DNA of 62,912 nt, counting the filler, from Craspedostauros australis (taxonomy: Eukaryota): NCBI GenBank assembly GCA_030167865.1. It is 9 parts of 9 records of this genome, joined end to end, with 100 filler letters (N's around TTAATTAATTAA, not from the genome) between each part and the next. Parts side by side here need not be neighbours in the genome. Positions count along the whole stretch, not along the records: positions 10,904 to 12,433 come from JALAGF010000781.1; positions 12,534 to 27,428 come from JALAGF010000782.1; 7 more parts are not named here. One strand, given 5' to 3'. Under the pieces are notes generated by a model. That model was not told the origin of the DNA. It searched no databases and was given only the letters and a program-made list of their open reading frames with translations. Numbering within the stretch: position 1 is the stretch's first letter; each line of letters opens with the position of its first letter. Positions 11,831 through 23,412 of this stretch are shown here, one piece after another. The position numbers were made by a program, and so were the translations under genes.

Positions 11831-12860
11831 GGGGATGCCACCTGTGGAGATGCGTTCGAGCGCTGTGCACAGAAGCTGGGCAACTGGAGGAGGAGTAGTG
11901 GGCGGTCGCATGTGTCATGAGTTGCTCAGCGATGATGATGAGGATGGTAGAGGTGGCTACCTCATAGCGGCATTGGAGGAAAGAGGAGCAATCCATTATG
12001 ATAGAGCAGATGCCAATACTATAAAAGGAAACGCTAATCATACTACAACTCTTGGAACAAGCTATATGATGGAAGGGCACAGTGTGCATGAAAGATGGAC
12101 AAATAGCACATGTCGATGGTAGAAACAAGGGAGGAAGTAGAGGGTAGCACGACGATACATGCACAACAGAGGNNNNNNNNNNNNNNNNNNNNNNNNNNNN
12201 NNNNNNNNNNNNNNNNNNNNNNNNNNNNNNNNNNNNNNNNNNNNNNNNNNNNNNNNNNNNNNGAGATGAGATCTCGACGAAAAGTGAGAGTTGAGTTATG
12301 AACGCTCTTTTTGGGGCGTTCATAACTCAACTCCAGGATTTCATAATTGTTTCGATTGACGTTATACGCTCGTTTCGGTCCTGGTCACCCCCTGTTCGAA
12401 AGGTATCTTGTGTTCATAATGGAGTGATCTGATNNNNNNNNNNNNNNNNNNNNNNNNNNNNNNNNNNNNNNNNNNNNTTAATTAATTAANNNNNNNNNNN
12501 NNNNNNNNNNNNNNNNNNNNNNNNNNNNNNNNNCCTTACGGACGATGGCATGATCGAATCCATCACGGTCGCAAGAAACTGATTTGATACAAGTAGAATC
12601 ACCGGCGTCGTGAGCGCCTGGAAAAGGAGCGAGCACAAGATCTCTAGTTTCCAGCAGCCCGTGGAACAAGGAACCGTTTATGCGGTGAATAAAGATCATG
12701 TAAGGTAGAGCAGAATAACTCGCGTACACAAACTCAGCAAACTAGAGTGCTCCTCACGCACTGCTTCACTCGTCGTCAGGTGCTTCCACCCAACGCAGGC
12801 AAGCAATATAGTTTCTCTCCCTTCAGCCCGTCCCGTTGCCAACAACATGTCACGAGCACG

Positions 12861-14263
12861 TCATGATGTGCTCAAGAGACCTCTGCCATCACTGATGGTA
12901 CCGTTCAATATGGCCGCCATACAGGACATACCCGATTTCTTCGCTTTCGCACCGGTATATTCCGAGAAATGCTTCATGTTCATCTGCCGATACCCTCGCC
13001 AACGTTCGGCTGGTTTCATCGCCAACCTGTGAACGTACTCATTCTCATTTTTGGAGCTGCCCACCACACGGATGCTGCGATTCTGCGACCCGTGATACAA
13101 ACCGGCTTTGACAGGCTTAGCGCCCGCCATCATTGGATCGACGAGGATGCCCACATCCCATTGAAAGTCTTGCAGCGCCTTGTGCAACGCATGTGGTCCC
13201 GTTTTCACTGCTGCACCCATATTGAGCGTGTCGGATGCTTGCAAGAGATTGATGAGGCTGCGTTGCACGGCGTAGTACATGATGGGATGTTTGGGTGATA
13301 CGGCCATGAAGTACTGACTCAAGAGGCTGTACTGCTCCACAACAAAGAACCCGTCATCGGACCTTGCGATTGTGTGTTCATCGAATTCATTTGGTGCCGT
13401 ATCGAAGTCCGAATACTGCACGCATGCATGGATGGATGGATGGATGGATGGATGGTTTGGCAATGGTGTCCACAGAAGCAGAAGAAGAAAGCACGGATTC
13501 ATTGGTTGTTTAACGGATCCTCGTGTGAGAATGTGTGAACGGCGAATTGAATCAGAGCTTGACTCCGGACATGCGCAGGTTGACGTACCACACCGCCGTA
13601 CAACCAAAGGATCAGATAACGCCAAAGATCTGCCTTGAGTGTGGCATTCTTCACGCAGTGCTTCAACACTGATCGCAAGTGTGGGAATTCTGGGAAATCG
13701 ATGGTTTGGAAGACACGATCCATGGCGAGATCATCGTGGAAGTAATACGCGTATCCATCCAACTTCCAGCGCTTCGATACCTCGGCAAACGCAGTCGGGA
13801 CGCAACGGTCCTTGAATGTTTGATGGATGATCTTCGGTATCCGGGGTGATGGATTGGCTTCTTGCTGCTGCTGCTGTGTGGGATTCTCTATGTTCTGAAT
13901 ATAGTCCAGAGACTGCGTCGAGCACTTGGCACTGCCTGATCTTCCGCTTGTCGTCAAATCATGAAGAGATGGGAGGGCACCGGTGGACGAATACGTATAC
14001 GCCACCCTCGAGGCCCCATTGCGAGCATCTCCGAGCGACGATGGCGATCCATGCCCCGCATCCACGGACAACTGGGAGCCTTCTCGCGCCGGAATGCTGG
14101 CTTGCCGTAGCAATCGCAGCTCAGAAAGCATGCAGATGGTCAGCAGCGGCAGCAGTAGCATCGACCAGTGCATCCTGCGCTTGCGACATGTTGGCACTGG
14201 CAACCACGATGGTGGCGATAAGGACGGCTGTGATGATAGCGATGGCGGTGCCAATCTTGTCAT
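12861..14263 (-). CDS. GT32-family DXD glycosyltransferase, type II membrane protein; exons 14263-13589 and 13415-12861
   Basis: IPKIIHQT, YYFHDD and KADLWRYLILWLYGGV|YSDFD motifs. Phase-0 intron 13588-13416 (GTACGT...TGCAG) restores GGVYSDFD. N-terminal TM segment. Confidence 0.85.
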
Positions 14264-15346
14264 GGCTGCGCCGTCGTCATCGTTCGTTGCCGAGGGATCA
14301 ATGTGGAGATGCGAATGTGTGGAGGCAAGATCGCAGGTTGCTTGATCGCCTAATTCTTGCTTTTGTGTGATGGTTTGCGAACACTGATGTGGCATCCAGA
14401 TTGCCTTGCATGTGATACCCTCGTGGCTTTGCCTCTTTTGTGCATGCACGTGGTCGTGCGATGTTTTGCCTCTTGTGAGTGATGTCTCTGTTTGTGTGTT
14501 CCGGTCATGTGCTCGTCCCTGTGCAGAGAGCTTCCCTTCGCTTCTGTGTTTTGGAGTTCGGCGGATGTTTTTGCCACGATTTGGACTTTGAATGTTTGCG
14601 TGACGGCTTTGAAAATGTGAGCATGTGGTCGTACGAACGCTGCGCAATCTGCTTCCGAATGAAACCAAGAAGCGTCTCAACGGAATAGCGATGCCTAATT
14701 GAAGTGGGAATTCATAAGTACTTCGCGCGCGCCAAGAGATCAAATAAGACGGGATTGTAGCTTCACACATGAATAGCGAGTCGCACTATGGTAACAAACA
14801 GACGGGATGGCGCGCAACTTGGCGCTCCTCCTGATTGTCGGCACATTTGGCGTCGGATTAGACACAAAACTGAAACATCAACTGGCATCTCGTCCAACAG
14901 TGAAGGAGGCAGATCCGCGGTACACAAAGCCACACAAGAACGCAAAAGGGAGCAAACCACGAAGCAAAACAAGACAGAGCAAACGATCAGAGACAGCATC
15001 CTACCTGCCACTTCATTGCAATCCCATTCTGCCCTTCCATAGCAACAGCAACGGCAACAGCAACAGCAACAATAGGACTATCGACACCATCCCTGAATCT
15101 AACGGTCACTCAAAGTCTCTCTGCCATACGAGCTACCAGCACAAGACGAAACATATCCTCCCCAGTTCCACACTTGCTCGCACGTCCATTTCATCACCCA
15201 TCATCCACAACATCCATCCACTCCAATCTGAACCACATAACTCCGAGAAGAGGCTCCAAACAAGAGATATTCGAGATCATTCCGCATTGCAATAGTCGCA
15301 GAGAAGATCACTCCATATACCAACCACGAGGACAAGCACTGCAACA

Positions 15347-18341
15347 ATGACGCCAAGTTCACTGAAGAGATGGTCGCTGCTGGGGATGGTGATGCTCGCC
15401 ACGGCAGATTCCACCAATAGCGGGTCGCGAAGGTCAGCCTCGACTGCTTCGTTTTCCTCACCTTCTTTCTTATCATCATTCTCGTCATCATCTGCAGCTG
15501 CAGCTACAGCAACAACGTCGCCTCAGCTGCGATCGCGGAATCTGAAACAAGAAGCAAACCGGCTGCTGCAGGCAGACGACGTGGTGCCCTTGGTCAGCAT
15601 GAAGGACTTCGTGGAGTACTGCACAAGCGACATGCTCAGCGACGAAGTCGTCGCCGACGAGAGTATCAGCAACCTCGAGTTTGCCAACTTCATGGGCGGA
15701 GCCTGCAGATCTTTGGAGGGTGAGAACATCCCGGCCTTAGGTTGTCCGGATCCCGAGTTCACGGCGCTCTCCGTCTCGGTGCAGCTCACCTTCGTCTACT
15801 TCAACTGCCCCACAGACAGCGTCTTCGAGCTGTCGATGTGCCTCGACGATCTGGCGCTGGATGGCCAAGAATTTGGGTTTCCGTACGATCCCACCAACAC
15901 AACGAATGCCGAGAAGTCCGTCCTGGAGCTGTGCTGTCTCATGCTTCCCTTCGTCAACAACACGAGATTGACACCGCTGGAACGTAAGTTTATCATCAGG
16001 ATTGCCATTACTTGGATGCCTGGGCATACTGCACGGTGTTGCATTGTATTGCTGAAGTTGGGAAGGACAGTGGTTAACTGGTGCTGCCATTGAATGAAGC
16101 AAGGGATGAACCATTGGAAAAGTCATTGGTGCAATGAAATGGATTTGGGATGTGCTTGAGCTTTGGCGTACAGGACCGGATGAGGTTGTGTTTCAAGTGA
16201 GGAGTTCGTCATTCATTGTCGATTGCTCACACGTTGGAATGTACACATCTCACCTACTCTGTGCTTTTGGTTTTTGGTGATAACACACGGCGTTTTGGAT
16301 GAACAAAATACGCGATGGCGTGGCCACCACTATTACTATTCGGACACGCATTCGCTTCTCTCTTTGGATGATTAGGCGGAGTCTGTCCACTCGACTTGCC
16401 AAATGTGCCACTGTTACCAACCTTCCCCCCAACCGTCAAGGCAAGCGAAGCACCTTCGAGCATCGCACAGAACCCATCTGCGCTGCTGTCCGAGGCTCCC
16501 ACATCAACGCCATCTCCAACCGGAAGTGCAAGACCAACGACTGCCCAACCCACCAGCAAGCCAACCGGATCCGCCAAGCCTACGATGACAGCCTCACCAA
16601 CGGCGAGCGCGAGTCCGACGGGGGGCCCAACGGCGTCCATGCAACCAACGGCAACTACGATGCCAAGCGTCAATCCAACATCGTCGCAAAGGCCGACCAT
16701 CACGGCCGCGCCGACCGCAAGCATGCCACCCACAGGTCATCCAACATCTTCCATGCAGCCAACGTCGACCACGATGCCCAGCAGCGACCCAACATCGTCG
16801 CAAAGACCAACTATTACAGCATCGCCGACAGGAAGCATGCCACCCACAGGTCATCCGACAGCCTCGATGAAGCCAACCGTAACGAAGATGCCAAGCACCA
16901 ACCCAACATCATCACAGAGACCGACTCTGACAGCCTCGCCAACCGCAAGTGTAATGCCAACAGGTAAGCCAACATCATCCATGCAACCAACGTCGACCAC
17001 GATGCCCAGCATCAACCCGACGTTATCACAAGCGCCAACGTTGTCTGCGTCCCCGACCGAGAGCGCAGTTCCATCAGGCAGTCCGACGATTTCTCAAGAG
17101 CCAACGGCGTCCGCCATGCCCAGCATCAACCCGACGCTATCACAAGCGCCAACGTTGTCTGCGTCACCAACCGCAAGTGCAATGCCTACAGGTAAGCCAA
17201 CATCATCCATGAAGCCAACAGCTTCCAAAATGCCAAGCATCAACCCGACGTTATCACAGGCGCCAACAGTGTCTGCGTCCCCGACTGAGAGCGCAGTTCC
17301 ATCAGGCAGTCCGACGATTTCTCAAGAGCCAACGGCGTCCGCCATACCAAGCAGCGATCCGACTTCGTCCCAAAAGCCAACGATGACCGCATCTCCTACC
17401 TCGAGTGCCATGCCAACAGTCAAGCCAACTTCGTCCCAACGGCCTACGATGACAGCGTCTCCAACTTCGAGCGCACAACCAACAGGGAAGCCCACACAGT
17501 CGCAGAAGCCAACATTGACGGCTTCTCCAACTTCGAGCAGAAACCCAACGCAATCGCCGACATCGTCATCGAAGCCATCAACAAGCGCGGCGCCCTCCAC
17601 AAGCCTGAGACCATCGGCAAATCCGACCATGACCTCGAAACCTACCGGAAGCGTCTCACCAACAGGAAGTGCGAAACCATCTGCAACACAGCCACCCACA
17701 AGTTCGGTCGCGCCAACAGGTACGTCCGAGCCAACTGGATCCTCCTGGCGGGCGGTCACAGTATCACGGACGAAGTCATCGCAACCAACGGCCAGTCACT
17801 GCCTCAACCAAGCGACCGTCGCCATTCGCGTCAGCTGAAATTTCTTTGCCCCATTTGTCACTGCGCCACCCACTAACACCTTCCAACTTCTTCACCCACT
17901 CTGTCATTGCGTCTAACTCGCAACTTTCACTTCATTATCAACTGACACTCTCCTCAACCGATGACAACAGCATCACCGACAGGATCCGCAAAGCCAAGCA
18001 ACAGTGCCAGACCCACAGCTACGGCGAAGCCGACCGGCAGTGCGGTCCCAACAAGGGCACCTTTCATCACAACATCCGCCCCCACGCTCACCACAGCACC
18101 AACAGGGTCGCAGCAACCATCACCAGTTGCAGTCAACAGCAACGCTCCGCAAAACCAGCCCACAACCGTCCTACCACCAACAGGTGGTGGAGAACTTCCC
18201 ACGATCCCATCGCCAGGCAACCGGGCGATCGGTTCCGAGGACAACAGTATTCCACCCGGCGGCATCGCGGGGATCGTTGTCGGCGGTGCTGCATTCTTGG
18301 CTGTTGCTGGGTACATGGCGAGACGACGGGGTGTCGTGTAG
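15347..18341 (+). CDS. Type I membrane mucin-like protein (~783 aa): signal peptide, RXL sites, Cys-rich head, PT/PS-repeat stalk, TM; exons 15347-15983, 16376-17719, 17971-18341
   Basis: Both introns are GT-AG and phase-1 compatible. Signal LLGMVMLATA; RNL and RLL motifs; more than 400 aa of PTxSxxP repeats; TM GIAGIVVGGAAFLAVAGYMA followed by RRR. Confidence 0.8.
16500..17719 (+). repeat. Coding tandem-repeat array (Pro/Thr/Ser/Met)
   Basis: Recurring units such as MPSINPTLSQAPTLSASPT and ESAVPSGSPTISQEPTASA. Near-identical DNA blocks at about 17033-17115 and 17261-17345, 228 nt apart. Confidence 0.9.
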
Positions 18342-18659
18342 TTGTACCATGGTGCAGTTCATCACTTTCAGCATCTCCGTGAAGTGCTGTGCTCGATCGT
18401 TCGTCTTCGCTTATGCGCACATGGATGGATCAGGACTACTTGCAAAGATGAAAAGAGAGTGAGAACCTTTGGAGATGGTTGGTCACACGGATAACCATCC
18501 CAGATGCGACGGCAATGCCGCCTTTGCGAGGCACATGACTTGCGAGCATTGTGCTTCATACGAAATTAATCTGTACACTGTGGTTAGTTTTGTTTAGTTT
18601 ACTTTATGTACCATTAACACTTCTTTGAACAAAATGCTTCTCATTGCGATGACCAGTGA

Positions 18660-20258
18660 TCACACAACCTGTGTGTCAACGTCTGTGGCCTTCGATGCTG
18701 TGTCTGCCATCTCTGTGGAGACGTATTGTGTACGGTGAGATCGGAAACACCATTTCTTGCCTGATGCCAACAGGGCAGCCACAGCAAGCACGACGACTGC
18801 CACACCAAACACGAATGCGAAGATGTTCATTGTTTCGTCCGGTGATGATGGCGTGCTGCTTCGAACGCCCATCTGATCAAATGATTTTGCGTAGCATTCC
18901 ATGCCCTCTGGATACTTCTGAAGCGATTCCTTCAATCGTCTGTCGAGCATGTCAAACAATAGACCGGGTGGGCCGTCCCTCTCATCTGGAGTGAGGATGG
19001 TGCTGTTGGTCGTGTACTTGACGCTGGCATTGGAGAATGGCGGATCGAACTGGACCGGCACCTGTTGCAGCAGCACTCGCGGTTGCTTGAAAGTCTCGTT
19101 TCCCCTGTCACCCATTCCAAAGAAGACTGGGTAAATCAACGACATCTCCACGGATGGTGGTACATCATCAGAGGACACATGCGAAAAGTGCAGAGCCACA
19201 TTGGGTGGCGTTGACACGTACTTTCCCACAACGTCATCTTCGTTGCCAGATCGGTAGGGCCGATTGAGCTTCCAACGCAATCGCAATGCCGACGCCAATC
19301 GATCCAAATCGCCGTCGTGTCCGACGAAGATGGTCACCTTGGTGTCGTAGTGATCATCGATGTCTTGTGGGTCGCGCCGAGAATAAAAGCCGCGTCGCAG
19401 CGTGGAGAGGACGGCATTCGCCACGACGGATCCCACCGACGTCGCGCGGACGTTATCCACCTCCAGGATGCTGCGCGTCCACTGGATCCATTCTACCAGC
19501 TCGTAGACTTCGTCGGTTGTCAGATCAGGCAGGAAGGGCGGGTCGATGCCGCCGGCGCGGGAATAGAATGCGCATTGTGCGAACAGTTTGACGACGTTGA
19601 CGGGGCCGGCGAGTTTGGTGTAGTTGGATGAGGCGCTCAGCACGAGGTCCGTGCCCATATCCACTAATGAGCCGGCTGCCCCAATCCCGCCGCGCTCATC
19701 GAGGAGCCTAAGGACGTATCCCAAACCTTTGGGTGGTGGTGGCACCTTCTGCAATCGGTGTTCAACGTTGGCTTTGAGACGATCCGGCGTGTACTCTAAC
19801 TTGCAAAAGGGTTGATCCCCTTCGATTGGCTTGAAGACGACCTTATCGTACAGAAGATTTTGCATTCCCTCGATCCGCACGGATCCTGCCGCATACTTCA
19901 TGCCCTGCATCAGCGCGAAGGCGGTTTGGACATCACGTTCCGATTCGTCCGTCACAAACTGGATGCGGATGTTGTGCGATGGATCGAGGATCTTCGTCCG
20001 GAGAATCTCAGCGCCGATCTTCTGCGTCCATCGCAATCCCTGTTGTGTGCACCACATGCTCGGTGTGTTCCATCTTGGCATTGGACTTGCCGTGAAATTC
20101 TGCAACGGAATCTTCATCTTGACGTGCTCATCATCATCATCATCATCATCATTGTCGTTGTTATTGCGTCTGTTGCCATCCTGCCACAGGTTGACTTCGT
20201 CTTTTGTGGACCGAACGCAATGGCGCACCAAGAACACATGATGTTTCGTGGCCGTCAT
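18660..20258 (-). CDS. Histidine acid phosphatase/phytase (AppA/Agp-like) with C-terminal TM anchor; true start may lie further upstream
   Basis: LVRHCVRS is a variant of RHGxRxP; TDESERDVQTA fits the R-T-x-x-T-A region; FVGHDGDL carries the HD motif; TPP; hydrophobic IFAFVFGVAVVVLAVAALLA near the C-terminus. Confidence 0.75.
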   Translation of the reverse strand: MTATKHHVFLVRHCVRSTKDEVNLWQDGNRRNNNDNDDDDDDDEHVKMKIPLQNFTASPMPRWNTPSMWCTQQGLRWTQKIGAEILRTKILDPSHNIRIQFVTDESERDVQTAFALMQGMKYAAGSVRIEGMQNLLYDKVVFKPIEGDQPFCKLEYTPDRLKANVEHRLQKVPPPPKGLGYVLRLLDERGGIGAAGSLVDMGTDLVLSASSNYTKLAGPVNVVKLFAQCAFYSRAGGIDPPFLPDLTTDEVYELVEWIQWTRSILEVDNVRATSVGSVVANAVLSTLRRGFYSRRDPQDIDDHYDTKVTIFVGHDGDLDRLASALRLRWKLNRPYRSGNEDDVVGKYVSTPPNVALHFSHVSSDDVPPSVEMSLIYPVFFGMGDRGNETFKQPRVLLQQVPVQFDPPFSNASVKYTTNSTILTPDERDGPPGLLFDMLDRRLKESLQKYPEGMECYAKSFDQMGVRSSTPSSPDETMNIFAFVFGVAVVVLAVAALLASGKKWCFRSHRTQYVSTEMADTASKATDVDTQVV

Positions 20259-21210
20259 TGTCGTCGTCGTTGCTGCTTTGATTGTATTCTCTGTATTATA
20301 CGTCCGTAATTGATGCGAGAGTGATCTTGTAGGAAGAGTAGGAGCTCTGCTTGTTGATGAAGCTGATGTCACTGTTGTGGAGGAGCATTATGCTGACAGC
20401 ATCTGTGCGTGCATACAATGTGATGCTCCAGAGATTGCGTCTGCGAGTGCGGAACGATGATGACGTCGACCCATGCAACACAGAGAAGCACGAAGGACAA
20501 AGAAGGCGGGTAGCACAATCTCAGAGCACCTCTCGCCCGATTGTGTCGCTTCTCCCCATGTTGTTGTTCCGTTGTGTGGTTGTTTTGTGAGCGAGGAATC
20601 TGTTTGGAATCTTTCTCGGCATCACCTCAGGCTACAATCATGAGGGTAGAAACGATCATTTTTTACAGATGTTTGCAGCCCATTGTGGAAGACGAACAAG
20701 GGAGGGTGGTCAACTTGGCTGATGAAGTGCTCCACACAGACAGACAATCGTACGGATCAGTGGTTGCTTGCCAGAGCAGATAGAGGACCAGTAGAAGCCT
20801 AAATTTGGTGTGGTTAGCTAATGAATTGGTTGATGAATGGATGGATGGAAGTGCTCCTCTCGCTCAGTTGGGCGCAGCGATGTGCGTGTAGTACTCTGTC
20901 TGTAGAGAGAGTTCGCTGTGCTGCACCGAAAAGCGGAGGAGAAATGGGTGGTAAAAAGATCTTGGTTGCAATCGCGAACGACGATTACATCCAAACGGTG
21001 TTTCGAAGAGTGGAAGGGTGTTTCGTGGTGTTTGTTCCTTTTTCTTCTTCGAAGGTCGCCTGTTGCGATCACGCAGGCTGCGTGTTTGGGAATCAGTGAT
21101 TGGAAAAATGCCGCTTTGCTCTCACTCTCTCTTGATAGAACGCGACAGCTGCGGCTGGGCTCTGTCCTTGAACCGTGTTGGTGCCAGGACAGATCCTGAA
21201 AATGCAGAGC

Positions 21211-22065
21211 TCAGTGAAGCTGCGATAATGGTGCGCAGTTGGCAAGGAACTGTTCCTGCGGGATCTCCGACACCGGGATGCGCATTGTGTTGGTGGCCCT
21301 GTGCTTCTTGGGGGCATAGAGAATCAAAACGCCATTCATGAGATTGGCGGTGGCGCGCGATATTTCGATGACATCTGTGTTGATAGCAAACCGTCTGGAA
21401 AATCGTTGCTTCTTGCAGACTTGCGCGTTGCGATTGGCGTGCATGGGTCGGTGACTGCGGACGCCGGAGATGCAGAGCAGGTTGTTCTGCACGGCAACCT
21501 GCATGTCCTTGGCCAGGACGCCTGGGAGGTCCATGGAGACGTAGATGCTGGTCGAATCCTCTTGCACATCGATGGAGGGATGGGTGACGGGGTCCTCCAC
21601 GAGTTCTGCGTCAAAGTTGGTGAAACTCGTGCTGGTGCTGCTTGTGCTGCCATTGCTTGGATGCTGCCGTCGCTGTCGCTGCTGGTGGTTGGAAAACTGG
21701 GAGTTGGCAGCAGGCGTTGGCATTGGTTCCGATTCCATGACATCAAAAGGGTTGCGTCGTTTGTTGCGGCGCGTGGCATTGCCGCTGCTGTTGTTGCTGC
21801 GATTGCTTGAGTGTTGGTGTCTCTCGTCTTGCGAGTGTCGGGATGAAGGAGACGTCTGCGATGCTGGCATGTCGGCAGCCTCGTCGTTTGGGACAACGTC
21901 GAATGATGGCATGTTGAATGTGTTCGAGTAACAGTGCTTGGTTGGATTTGTGTTCGAGAATGTGCTGGAGCATGTGTCCATGTTCATGCTGCTGTCTTCA
22001 TGCAAGTACTGGTGTGGGGTAAGCAGTCCATGTGCATGTGCGTGCGTTGTGTGTGTCGTGATCAT
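21211..22065 (-). CDS. Small heat-shock protein (HSP20/alpha-crystallin domain) with a long disordered N-terminus; start uncertain
   Basis: IDVQED...VSMDLPGV...MQVAVQNNLLCISGVR...FSRRF...ATANLMNGVLILYAPK is a canonical alpha-crystallin pattern. Confidence 0.85.
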   Translation of the reverse strand: MITTHTTHAHAHGLLTPHQYLHEDSSMNMDTCSSTFSNTNPTKHCYSNTFNMPSFDVVPNDEAADMPASQTSPSSRHSQDERHQHSSNRSNNSSGNATRRNKRRNPFDVMESEPMPTPAANSQFSNHQQRQRRQHPSNGSTSSTSTSFTNFDAELVEDPVTHPSIDVQEDSTSIYVSMDLPGVLAKDMQVAVQNNLLCISGVRSHRPMHANRNAQVCKKQRFSRRFAINTDVIEISRATANLMNGVLILYAPKKHRATNTMRIPVSEIPQEQFLANCAPLSQLH

Positions 22066-23358
22066 GATGTCTCTATTGGTATTATACGATCGCGTAGTAT
22101 GTGCTGTTGGGTTGCGTTTGGGTTTGCGATGTCTCTGTGGATGAAACGGTGGTGGAAGGACGGATGGAAGAGCAAGGAGTCTCCTGGAGCAGTCGGAACA
22201 GGAACAAAAGGCTCCGATCGTGAATTGTGAGGAGGATCTCAGTTCGTTTCGTTTTTCTTCTTTCCTTCTTGGTCTCTCTCTCTCTTTCTCGTTGCGGTTC
22301 TTCGCGGAGTATTCTGGTCGTCTCGTGTTTCTTCCACCTCGTTGCTCCAAAAAACACTTTGTCGTTGCGGCAATTGCAATGTGGTGCTCTTCTCTTCACT
22401 GCTTCACTCTGATGTATCGCACCTGTTTACTGCTCTAATTTTGAGTTGATGCTGTTGATTAATTGATTGATGACACCTGCTGATTGCACGATGTTAACGA
22501 GACGCAGGGCATCCAGAGTGCCACCGATGATGCGCATCACGACTGCGGCTGCAATTGCACTCGCAAAAATGGGACTGCCTCGCGGTCTGTGGCGTCTTGG
22601 CGCACGCTCTCCACAGAAAAACGTCACAAGGATGGCGCGAAATTCGCTCGGCTGGAGGTTTGGGACACCAGACGGAACGATCTCTGCAATTCCGTTGCAG
22701 CGTCGCCCCCTTGTGGATTCTTGCGTGTCATTGCAGCTGTGGCACCAGTGATGGTTCGTTTGCATTTGCGTGCCAAGAACAAGTTCTCCTCGCCCACCTC
22801 GCCTCCTGGAGTTCTGATGCGATCTTCTGGAAGAAGGATCATGTCGCAAGATGACGTAAGCAATTAACGGCACTTGGACGTTTGAAATACAGACGGAGTA
22901 TTAGTTATTTAATAAATTCAGTGTTTTGGTCGATTCAGTCCTTTGGAGGACAGGAACTCGGACACGGACAAAATGTGACTACGGAGGTTCTCGCCGCAAC
23001 GAACACACATCATCCAGGAACATGATACGCTGCTCTGCTCAGCTCTGCTCTGCTGTGTGGTCGAGTGCTTCTGTGTATTCTGCGAGCGCTTCAACTCAAC
23101 TCAACTCAACTACTTGTCCTGGCCAGAGCAGTCCTACCAGCAATAGAGTAGAGAATGGTGTATCTTGTGTAGATTGTACTAGTACAGTTAATGGAACAGT
23201 TGTACAGTGTGCGAAATTCCTGCTCTCTCAGCAGCATCCGTGCTTTGAGCTCCTTCTCTTCGTGTGTCATCCGGAAGAATGGTATTGCACATGTGAATGA
23301 GTTGCTGCTCTGCGTGTTTCGTGCCATGCTACAATACCATGCACTTGCGGAATACTCC

Positions 23359-23386
<28 letters not shown>
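23359..23386 (+). repeat. (AG)n microsatellite
   Basis: About 14 perfect AG units. Confidence 0.9.
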
Positions 23387-23389
<3 letters not shown>

Positions 23390-23412
23390 TCTGCCCTCCT
23401 CTCCTCTAGAGT

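Noticed and set aside
22824..22833. Heat-shock element CTTCTGGAAG upstream of the sHSP
   Set aside because: Only two nGAAn units about 760 nt upstream, which is expected by chance.
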